Shown here: piece after piece, positions 56,682 through 64,000 of the stretch | Layout: each line of letters begins with the position of its first letter | How positions within the stretch are numbered: position 1 is the first letter of the stretch | Assembly: GCA_041661505.1 (NCBI GenBank) | Contig: JBAZUF010000002.1 | Coordinates: 12,201 to 76,200, forward strand | Reading direction: 5' to 3' | Source: Patescibacteria group bacterium | Lineage (GTDB): Bacteria; Patescibacteriota; Patescibacteriia; Patescibacteriales; JBAZCA01 | DNA: 64,000 nucleotides | Notes under the pieces: model-generated | Told to the model about the DNA's origin: nothing | The model's input: only the letters and a program-made list of their open reading frames with translations | Database searches by the model: none | Translations under genes and position numbers: made by a program

Positions 56682-56755
56682 TGGGCGGCATAGGATTCGA
56701 ACCTATTACCTCGTCGATGTCAACGACGCGCTCTAACCAAGTGAGCTAGCCGCCC
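56682..56755 (-). tRNA. tRNA-Val (anticodon GAC)
   Basis: A 74-nt cloverleaf folded by hand: acceptor GGGCGGC/GCCGCCC, D stem GCTC/GAGC, anticodon stem CGTCG/CGACG with loop UUGACAU, T stem ATAGG/CCTAT with loop TTCGAAT. No CCA is encoded. Confidence 0.9.
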
Positions 56756-56770
56756 GAATTTATTCAATTG

Positions 56771-56844
56771 TGCGCCCAGATGGACTTGAACCATCGACCC
56801 CGGCTTTATAAGAGCCGTGCTCTAACCAACTGAGCTATGGGCGC
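56771..56844 (-). tRNA. tRNA-Ile (anticodon UAU)
   Basis: A 74-nt cloverleaf: acceptor GCGCCCA/TGGGCGC, D stem GCTC/GAGC, anticodon stem CGGCT/AGCCG with loop CUUAUAA (anticodon UAU), T stem GATGG/CCATC, discriminator A. No CCA is encoded. Confidence 0.85.
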
Positions 56845-56917
56845 CTTCGCAAAATTCTAGCCAGCCAGCTATAGCCCGTTTGCCGACTCAAGAACTATAT
56901 TTAGGTTAGCACTTCTG

Positions 56918-58063
56918 TTATTCCTTTTCAAGAATTTTCTTTAGCCTTTCTTCCAATCGCCCTATTATCGCTTTTTCCGCGGCTTGGAGCGGCTCATCCA
57001 GTTCGATTTTAGCTAAAGTTTTTGTCCCGGTCGGATTAAAGCCGGCGGACAACTCCAGAGAGTTAAGGCTTTTTCCCGAATAAATCCAGGCCCTGGTTTT
57101 ACTGTTAATATTTTCAAAAATCAAGGCAATTGCTTTAGCGGCCGGAACGTTGGCGATCAGCTCATCAATCACTTCATTTAAGTCGCTTTCTTTCGACTGG
57201 GTTTTTTCAAAATCGGCCTGGCTTAAAATCGACCAAATCAATTGGTCGCCAGATGAAGATTGCAGCCGGGCCAAAACCCTTCCCCAGAGTTTTAATACGT
57301 TTAATGTCCGCGAGCGGAATAATTTATTAATTATCTCCTCTTTCCTGGCGCCTAGCGCGATTAGGTCAGAAGCAGCCTCTAGGGCCTGGGGGGAAATAAT
57401 TTGGCTCCGAAAATTCCTGGTTTTAGAAATTATGCCGGCCAAAAGACAGGTAGCGATATCTTCATTTAACAGCTTCTGGTCGAGTGATTTTAAAAGGGGG
57501 AATAAAACCTGGGAAACCGAAACCGCCGTCAGTTCGATTAAGTTAATCTGGCCGAAACTTTCGTTGGCCGAGTCGTTGTCGATATTAATTACCGGCTTTT
57601 TGTAAAAAAGATCAGGATTATCCTCATAAATTTTACCCAGCGACTCTAAATCCGGCGCCCCGATCGTAATAATTAAATCATATTTATAGTCGCAATTGCA
57701 GGCCGATACCTCATTGCCGGTAAACTGGCCGCCCCTGGGAGTAATAATAAAATCAAGGCGGCCGTCTTCCATTATATACTTAACCTCGCCGACTTTAGTT
57801 TGGGAGACGTCAAGCGATACGATCAATTTTTGGAGTCCGTCCGGAGCGCCCAAAATTTCGGAAAAGCCCGGCAAAAATTCCAGGCCCTTTTTTTCCTCCA
57901 AATTCTCAATAACTAAATCGGCTTTTTTTCCCATCCGCCCCAAAAATAAAAATACGGCCAGGGCGCTGGCCAGGCAGTCTCCATTTTTATCGCCCGGGGC
58001 AATTAAAAGAATTTCTTCAGCTTTCTTAATCTGTTCGGCGGCCTGATCTTTCACGTTTAACAT
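56918..58063 (-). CDS. DHH-family (NrnA-like) protein with degenerate catalytic motifs
   Basis: 381 aa with an NrnA-like layout. Motif I is degenerate (APGDKNGDCLAS). The position of the eponymous DHH motif reads INIDNDSANESFG (DND). Confidence 0.6.
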   Translation of the reverse strand: MLNVKDQAAEQIKKAEEILLIAPGDKNGDCLASALAVFLFLGRMGKKADLVIENLEEKKGLEFLPGFSEILGAPDGLQKLIVSLDVSQTKVGEVKYIMEDGRLDFIITPRGGQFTGNEVSACNCDYKYDLIITIGAPDLESLGKIYEDNPDLFYKKPVINIDNDSANESFGQINLIELTAVSVSQVLFPLLKSLDQKLLNEDIATCLLAGIISKTRNFRSQIISPQALEAASDLIALGARKEEIINKLFRSRTLNVLKLWGRVLARLQSSSGDQLIWSILSQADFEKTQSKESDLNEVIDELIANVPAAKAIALIFENINSKTRAWIYSGKSLNSLELSAGFNPTGTKTLAKIELDEPLQAAEKAIIGRLEERLKKILEKE

Positions 58064-58097
58064 AAATATTTAATGGGGAGTTTTTTCTCGACTTTGA

Positions 58098-58126
58098 AAT
58101 ATATCTGAAAAAATACCGGCTGTCAA
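58098..58126 (-). promoter_or_regulatory. Sigma70-type promoter for the DHH-family gene
   Basis: The minus strand reads TTGACA (58126-58121), a 17-nt spacer, then TATATT (58103-58098). Confidence 0.6.
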
Positions 58127-58213
58127 ATAAATAGCGAACCTATAATGAATTAATAACTTTCTGTAAAGAGCGGCTAATTCAATTTTTTTTCTTGCGGCCC
58201 GCGGATTAAAGAA

Positions 58214-60052
58214 CTAGGCCTCAATTAATCCCTTAGAAAGCTCTTTTTTAATAGTCGTCGGAGTTATATTGTGCTCCTTGTTATATTCTTCCTGAACCTT
58301 GCGGCGGCGGTTAGTTTCGGAAATGGCAAAACGCATGGCCGGGGTAGTTTTTTCCGCGTACATAATTACCTTGCCGTCGACGTTCCGCGCCGCCCGCCCG
58401 ATGGTCTGTAGAAGCGAGGTTTCTGTCCTTAAAAAACCGGCCATATCCGCGTCTAAAATTGCGACTAAAGATACTTCGGGGAGATCCAGGCCTTCCCGCA
58501 GAAGATTAATACCTACCAGAACGTCTACTTTTCCGCTTCTTAAATTGTTCAGAATATCCACCCGCTCTAAAGTTTCAATCTCGCTATGAAGATAGGTTAC
58601 TTTAATCAAATTTTCCGTTAAGAACTCGGATAATTCTTCAGCCATGCGCTTGGTCAAAGTCGTAACTAAAACCCTTTGCTTTTTTTCCACTCTTAATTTA
58701 ATTTCTCCGATCAAATCCTGGATCTGGTTTTTAGACGGCCGGACTTCAATCTGCGGATCCATAAGCCCGGTCGGCCGGATGATTTGTTCAACCACCTGTT
58801 TGGAATTTCTTATTTCAAAATCCGCCGGAGTGGCGCTTACGTAAATCACCTGGTTGATCTTTTTCCGGAACTCATCGTAATTTAGCGGCCGGTTGTCCTT
58901 GGCTGAAGGCAGGCGGAAGCCGAAGTCGACAAGAGTTTGCTTCCGCGACTGGTCGCCGAAATACATTCCCCGGATCTGCGGCAAAGTTACGTGCGATTCG
59001 TCGATAAATAGCAAAAAATCCTTGGTAAAAAAATCCATTAGCGTCGAAGGCGGAGAGCCGGTTGCGCGCCCGGATAAATGCCTCGAATAATTTTCAATGC
59101 CGTTGCAATAGCCGGCCTGCTCAATCATTTCCAAATCATAGTTGGTCTTCCGTTCAAGCCGATAAGCTTCGACCAGCTTATCTTCTTTCTTTAATTCTTC
59201 GAGCCTTTGCGCGAGCTCCAGTCTGATCGACCCCATCGCGTTTTTTATCTTTTCATCCGGCGCCATGTAATGCTTGGCCGGCAGTATCATTACCTCTTTC
59301 AGCCGGGTACCCTGGCTGTCATGCAACCCTTCCATCCAGGGTTTTTTCGGGTCTTCCGGATGAACCGAAAACTGAATTATCCGCTCTACGGTATCGCCAA
59401 GCATAATGATGCGGATAATCGCTTCGCCGTTAACCAAGAATATATCAATCGTATCTCCCCGGACGCGGAATTTGCCCCGGTAAAATTCATTGTCATTTCT
59501 TTCAAACTGAATCTTAACCAGTTCCGAGAGCAAAGCGTTCCGCTTCATTTTCTGCCCGGCGAAAAAAAACCGGCCGAGGGACAAATAATCCTCCTTTTCC
59601 CCGATGCCGTAAATGCAGGAAACGCTCGCCACCACGATTACGTCGTTCCGGAATAAAAGCGACTGGGTCGAAGCATGCCGCAAACGGTCGATTTCCTCAT
59701 TTATTGTTGATTCTTTTTCGATATACGTGTCGGTCTGGGGAATATAGGCCTCGGGCTGATAATAATCATAATAGGAAACAAAATAATGAACTGCGTTTTT
59801 TGGAAAAAATTGCCGGAATTCGCCGTACAACTGGGCGGCCAAAGTTTTATTATGGGATATCACCAAAGTCGGACGCTGGACGGCCTCGATAATCCCGGCC
59901 ATAGTAAAAGTCTTCCCCGAACCGGTAACGCCGAGTAAAGTCTGCTCCCTATAGCCTTTGGCCAGGCCGGATACCAGCTTGGAAATCGCTTTAGGCTGGT
60001 CGCCGGTCGGTTTGTATTTTGATTTTAAGACAAATTTTTGGTCAAACTTCAT
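58214..60052 (-). CDS. uvrB: Excinuclease ABC subunit B (lacks the C-terminal UVR domain)
   Basis: 612 aa with [16 protein letters not shown] and QTIGRAARN. The ORF stops shortly after ...[15 protein letters not shown]. Confidence 0.93.
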   Translation of the reverse strand: MKFDQKFVLKSKYKPTGDQPKAISKLVSGLAKGYREQTLLGVTGSGKTFTMAGIIEAVQRPTLVISHNKTLAAQLYGEFRQFFPKNAVHYFVSYYDYYQPEAYIPQTDTYIEKESTINEEIDRLRHASTQSLLFRNDVIVVASVSCIYGIGEKEDYLSLGRFFFAGQKMKRNALLSELVKIQFERNDNEFYRGKFRVRGDTIDIFLVNGEAIIRIIMLGDTVERIIQFSVHPEDPKKPWMEGLHDSQGTRLKEVMILPAKHYMAPDEKIKNAMGSIRLELAQRLEELKKEDKLVEAYRLERKTNYDLEMIEQAGYCNGIENYSRHLSGRATGSPPSTLMDFFTKDFLLFIDESHVTLPQIRGMYFGDQSRKQTLVDFGFRLPSAKDNRPLNYDEFRKKINQVIYVSATPADFEIRNSKQVVEQIIRPTGLMDPQIEVRPSKNQIQDLIGEIKLRVEKKQRVLVTTLTKRMAEELSEFLTENLIKVTYLHSEIETLERVDILNNLRSGKVDVLVGINLLREGLDLPEVSLVAILDADMAGFLRTETSLLQTIGRAARNVDGKVIMYAEKTTPAMRFAISETNRRRKVQEEYNKEHNITPTTIKKELSKGLIEA

Positions 60053-60354
60053 ATATTGTATTCGAGTCTTGAAAGTTCAAGTATTTTTTTATAATCATCA
60101 TTCTTAGACGCTTTTACCTTATGCCGATGTCCGCATTTTTCGCATTGGTAGACAATCCGCTCTTCTCCATGTTTTAATTCAAGGCCGATCGGCCGCATCA
60201 TCCCCTGGCATTCCGACAACCGGTCGCCCGGATTAATATCGGCGTGTTTTGACCACAAACAATTCGGGCAATGGTCGGTATAGCCGTCGCCTTTTGTTTC
60301 TACCCCGCAATTTTCGCAGATAAAATCTTCAATTTTACGCTGAAATTTTCTCAT
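60049..60354 (-). CDS. RNHCP-domain zinc-ribbon protein
   Basis: 101 aa with CENCG...[15 protein letters not shown]...CEKCGHRH. Its stop overlaps the uvrB start (ATGA). Confidence 0.75.
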   Translation of the reverse strand: MRKFQRKIEDFICENCGVETKGDGYTDHCPNCLWSKHADINPGDRLSECQGMMRPIGLELKHGEERIVYQCEKCGHRHKVKASKNDDYKKILELSRLEYNI

Positions 60355-60409
60355 ATTATAGTAAATTATTGTACCATGATAATTTGAGTCTGTAAACCGG
60401 CTTATATTT

Positions 60410-60439
60410 TTGACAGAAGCTTATTAATAGCCCTATAAT
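60410..60439 (+). promoter_or_regulatory. Sigma70-type promoter for purL
   Basis: TTGACA (60410-60415), an 18-nt spacer, then TATAAT (60434-60439). Confidence 0.65.
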
Positions 60440-60474
60440 ATAAGTAATAAGAGTCTCAAAAGGTCAGTAAATAA

Positions 60475-63400
60475 TTGCCGGAGATTAAGCTTAAAAAACC
60501 CTACATCTTTGGCGGAAAAATGCCGGAAACAGCCGGCTTTAGTAATTTTATGCCTTGCCGAATCTACATCCAGCCAGCCATAGCCGATGCCCGGGCCGAA
60601 TCAAAAAAAAGGCATTTTAACAGCCTGGGCCTGGCCGCTAAAATAAAATCAGTCTGTCTGGCGGATTGCTATACCATCGACAAAGCGCTTGATAAAAATC
60701 AGAAAGCAAAAGCCCGGAGGCTTCTCTCCAATCCATTGTTCGAAACTGCTTCTGAATCGCCCGCAGTAAACGGCCCAAAAAAATTCGATTACGTTATTGA
60801 GATCGGCTATCTGCCCGGCGTTACCGACAACATCGGACAGACCGCCAAAGAGTCTTTGGAAGACGGGCTAAAAATAAAATTCTTACCGCAAGAATCCGTA
60901 TATTCATCGCGGATTTTTTTTATTTCGTTTGAAGGAAAGGCGGCGGTTCCTGATGCCGAAAAAATTAAAGACTGTCTTTTTAATCCGCTTATCGAGCGGG
61001 CCGGCCTTAAAACTTTTTCCGAATACATAAAAAACCGGGGCCTAGATATGATTATTCCCAAGGTAAGACTTTCTGCTAAAACTACGGTGTTAAATATCGA
61101 CCTCAATATCGAAGACGGGGAGCTCGAAACCTTGGGCCGACAGGGCATTAAAGACAAAAGCGGCTTAAGGCGGGGGCCGCTTTCTTTGAGCCTTAATTAC
61201 CTTAAAGCCATCCGCGAACATTTCAACGGCCTTAAAAGAAAACCTACCGACGTAGAGCTGGAAACCTTAGCCCAGACCTGGTCCGAACATTGCAAACACA
61301 CAATCTTTGCCGACCCGATGGATGATCTAGCCCGCGGCATCTATAAAACCTATATCAAAGGGGCAACCGAAAAAATTCGCCGGAAAAAAGGCCGGCGGGA
61401 TTTCTGCGTTTCGGTTTTTACCGATAATTCCGGAGCTATCGGCTTTGATAAAGATTATTTGATTACCCATAAAGTTGAGACCCATAACACCCCTTCGGCG
61501 CTTGACCCCTTCGGCGGTTCAATAACCGGCATTGTCGGCGTTAACCGCGATTGTCTGGGATTCGGCCTCGGCGCCAAGCCAATAGCTAATGTTTACGGCT
61601 TCTGCCTGGCTGACCCGAAAGATAATACCGAATTATACCGGGATAAAGGAAAAACTCAAAAAATGCTTTCGGCCCGAAGAATACTAGAAGGGGTAGTGGC
61701 GGGAATTAATGCCGGCGGCAACCAATCCGGCATTCCAACCAACTTGGGCTTTATTTATTTTGATCCCCGTTTTCGCGGCAAACCGTTAGTTTTTGCCGGC
61801 ACGGTGGGACTGATAAAAAGATCGATAAATAACCGGCCGTCCCATATTAAAAGGGCCAGGCCGGGCGACTTAATCGCCATGATCGGCGGCCGGGTGGGCG
61901 CCGACGGCATTCATGGGGCAACTTTCTCTTCCGTTGAGCTTGATGAAAAAAGTCCGGCTACAGCCGTGCAAATAGGCGACCCCATCACCCAAAAAAAATT
62001 ATCCGACGCGTTAATTAAAGAAGCCCGAGATTTGGATTTATATTCCAGCCTTACCGATTGCGGCGCCGGAGGGCTTTCTTCGGCTGTCGGCGAAATGGCC
62101 GAAGCGACCGGAGGATGCCTGGTTAATTTGGAAAAAGTGCCGCTGAAATATCCGGGGCTCGCACCCTGGCAAATTTGGATTTCCGAATCGCAAGAAAGGA
62201 TGGTTTTGGCTATACCTGAAAAAAAATGGCCAAAATTTTCCGAATTAATGGGACGCCGGGGAGTGGAAGCTACTGTCATCGGGGAGTTTAATAACCGGGG
62301 ACGCTGTACGGTTAAATTTAATAATGAGAATGTGCTTGATTTAGATATGGAATTTCTGCACCATGGCCGGCCGGAAAAATTGCAGACGACTAAAGAGCCA
62401 AAAGCTATCCCGGCCGACGAACGCCTTTTACAAAAAACAGGCGCTGGCCGCCAAACCGGCTATTCAAAAGAAATTATTTCGCTTCTTTCCCATTTAAATA
62501 TCGCGAGTATTGAGTTTATTTCTAAGCAGTATGACCATGAGGTCCAGGCCGGTTCAGTCATAAAGCCTTTGTCCGGCCGCGGCCGGATTGTTTCTGAAGC
62601 GACCGTCACCCGGCCGGTCCTTTCTTCAAAAAAAGGCCTGGTATTGGGATGCGCCCTTTATCCTGGCCTTACTGAACTTAGCCCCTATAAAATGGCGGCC
62701 GTGGCGATTGACGGAGCGGTGCGGGCGGCCGTAGCGGCCGGGGCGGATATCGATTACTTGGCGCTTTTAGATAACTTTTGCTGGTCCAGCTCGGATGACC
62801 CGACCCGCCTGTGGCAGTTAAAAGAAGCGGCCCGCGCCTGTTATAATACGGCTTGCGCCTTGGGGACGCCCTTTATTTCCGGGAAAGACAGCATGTATAA
62901 CGATTTCAAAGGATTTGACAAGGACGCCCGGCCGCTGAAAATTTCCATTCCTCCGACCCTCTTGATTTCTTCCATTGGTGTAATTCCGGATATTGCCAAG
63001 GCTGTGTCGCTTGAGGCAAAAATGCCCGGAGACATTATCTACATCCTGGGCAATACCAATAACGAACTGGCTGGAAGCCAATATCGGGAAATGTTAAAAT
63101 CCGAAACATCGCCGAACGGCGTTAATCCCGATCAGCCGGAAGAAAAAGGCGTACCCGCGGTTGACGCCAAAAAAAATTACCGGCTTTACAAAACGCTCTT
63201 CAAGGCAATCCAAAAAAATCTGGTTGCCTCGGCCATAAGCTTAAACCGCGGCGGCTTAGCCATAGCCGCCATAAAATCTTTATCCGGCGGCGGACGAGGC
63301 GGAAAATTGGATTTAAAAAATTTGCCCGGGGGATGGAATAACAATCACGAGGCGCTTTTTTCCGAAAGCGCCGGAAGAATTCTGGTTACGGTTGATAAAA

Positions 63401-63567
63401 AGAAAGCTCCGCTTTTTGAAAAAATAATGTCCGGCCGGGATTTCGCAAGGATCGGGCAAGTTGAAAACTCAAAACTGGTAAAAATATATAATAATAACAA
63501 GTTAGTCGCCAGCCTGGCTTTAAAAGACGCCCTGGAAGCATATAAAAAACCCCTTAAAAATCTCTAA
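60475..63567 (+). CDS. purL: Phosphoribosylformylglycinamidine synthase subunit PurL with an N-terminal PurS-like extension
   Basis: Up to 1030 aa. The track start is a TTG, and ATG alternatives exist at 60520 and 60550. It has the WSEHCKHTIF motif and duplicated AIR-synthase-like domains. About 250 extra N-terminal residues have a PurS-like pattern (CRIYIQPAIADARAE...). Confidence 0.88.
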   Translation: MPEIKLKKPYIFGGKMPETAGFSNFMPCRIYIQPAIADARAESKKRHFNSLGLAAKIKSVCLADCYTIDKALDKNQKAKARRLLSNPLFETASESPAVNGPKKFDYVIEIGYLPGVTDNIGQTAKESLEDGLKIKFLPQESVYSSRIFFISFEGKAAVPDAEKIKDCLFNPLIERAGLKTFSEYIKNRGLDMIIPKVRLSAKTTVLNIDLNIEDGELETLGRQGIKDKSGLRRGPLSLSLNYLKAIREHFNGLKRKPTDVELETLAQTWSEHCKHTIFADPMDDLARGIYKTYIKGATEKIRRKKGRRDFCVSVFTDNSGAIGFDKDYLITHKVETHNTPSALDPFGGSITGIVGVNRDCLGFGLGAKPIANVYGFCLADPKDNTELYRDKGKTQKMLSARRILEGVVAGINAGGNQSGIPTNLGFIYFDPRFRGKPLVFAGTVGLIKRSINNRPSHIKRARPGDLIAMIGGRVGADGIHGATFSSVELDEKSPATAVQIGDPITQKKLSDALIKEARDLDLYSSLTDCGAGGLSSAVGEMAEATGGCLVNLEKVPLKYPGLAPWQIWISESQERMVLAIPEKKWPKFSELMGRRGVEATVIGEFNNRGRCTVKFNNENVLDLDMEFLHHGRPEKLQTTKEPKAIPADERLLQKTGAGRQTGYSKEIISLLSHLNIASIEFISKQYDHEVQAGSVIKPLSGRGRIVSEATVTRPVLSSKKGLVLGCALYPGLTELSPYKMAAVAIDGAVRAAVAAGADIDYLALLDNFCWSSSDDPTRLWQLKEAARACYNTACALGTPFISGKDSMYNDFKGFDKDARPLKISIPPTLLISSIGVIPDIAKAVSLEAKMPGDIIYILGNTNNELAGSQYREMLKSETSPNGVNPDQPEEKGVPAVDAKKNYRLYKTLFKAIQKNLVASAISLNRGGLAIAAIKSLSGGGRGGKLDLKNLPGGWNNNHEALFSESAGRILVTVDKKKAPLFEKIMSGRDFARIGQVENSKLVKIYNNNKLVASLALKDALEAYKKPLKNL

Positions 63568-63603
63568 AGTTGCAGAAAAAATTGAAAAGTGATAAGATAA
63601 AAT

Positions 63604-64000
63604 ATGATTAAACCTCGAGTAATCATCCTGTCCGGCTATGGCCTAAACTGCGAAGAAGAAACGGCTCTTGGCTTTAAGTTGGCCGGAAGCGTCGTCCAGA
63701 TTGTTCATATTAATGATTTGGCCGAAGGAATAAAAAAATTAGGAAATTACGAAATCATGGCGATTCCCGGCGGTTTTTCTTACGGCGACGATACTGGATC
63801 GGGCAAGGCTTACGCCAATAAGCTAAACAATAATTTAAAGGATGAAATAAATGAATTTGTTTCTAAAGACAAGCTGGCTATCGGAATCTGCAATGGTTTT
63901 CAAATTTTAACCCAGACCGGCCTGGTGCCGGGCGCGCTTACGGTAAACGACGGGGCTAGATATCTTGATCGCTGGGTAGACTTGGAAATCACCGGAGAGT
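63604..64000 (+). CDS. purQ: Phosphoribosylformylglycinamidine synthase glutaminase subunit PurQ (5' part, truncated by the window end)
   Basis: Hand translation gives MIKPRVIILSGYGLNCEEE...AIPGGFSYGDD...IGICNGFQIL (class I GATase nucleophile Cys). The frame is open to the window end and absent from the ORF track. Confidence 0.85.
   Translation, partial: MIKPRVIILSGYGLNCEEETALGFKLAGSVVQIVHINDLAEGIKKLGNYEIMAIPGGFSYGDDTGSGKAYANKLNNNLKDEINEFVSKDKLAIGICNGFQILTQTGLVPGALTVNDGARYLDRWVDLEITGE

Noticed and set aside
56682-56844. The tRNA pair as an integration hotspot or genomic-island boundary
   Set aside because: No integrase, recombinase, direct repeat of the tRNA 3' end, or phage or mobile genes occur on either side. 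The flanking genes are housekeeping (proB and a DHH-family gene).

Overview
This is a gene-dense chromosomal window read with the standard code (long intact ORFs, TGA used as a stop). It has no rRNA, CRISPR array, transposase or integrase. Most of it is housekeeping: POR beta subunit, rpoB-rpoC, murE-like/FemAB/ruvA, ileS, valS, trpS, proS, proCAB, argGH, glyA-folD, recQ, uvrB, uvrC, purL/purQ and two tRNAs. Near-consensus sigma70-type promoters (TTGACA-17-TATAAT-like) and hairpin plus T-run terminators can be read directly in several intergenic gaps. The gene content suggests a streamlined, probably anaerobic, Patescibacteria/CPR-like bacterium: a FemAB-type peptidoglycan gene, ferredoxin/POR, truncated repair proteins and an array of small pilin-like proteins. 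That taxonomic call is inference only. The stand-out region is a cell-surface island at about 25.2-35.9 kb. It holds six tandem paralogous small membrane proteins with TrbC/VirB2-like (T4SS-pilin-like) architecture and no secretion ATPase anywhere in the window. They sit next to a polyprenyl-phosphate-sugar glycosylation module (Ppm1/Dpm1-like GT2, a second GT2, two large polytopic GT-C-like membrane proteins, two methyltransferases) and a CDP-alcohol phosphatidyltransferase. Secondary observations are as follows:
- a Tat-signal agmatine-deiminase/PPAD-like enzyme behind POR
- a SpeD-like pyruvoyl enzyme beside argGH
- a tRNA-Ile with a UAU anticodon
- UvrB and UvrC that both lack C-terminal domains, with an RNHCP zinc-ribbon gene overlapping the uvrB start
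- a mazEF-like toxin-antitoxin pair with operator repeats over its promoter
- a heptanucleotide tandem repeat inside a methyltransferase CDS
- a 58-aa ferredoxin below the ORF-track cutoff
- several structured intergenic elements
All functional calls come from motif recognition by eye. No database search was possible.
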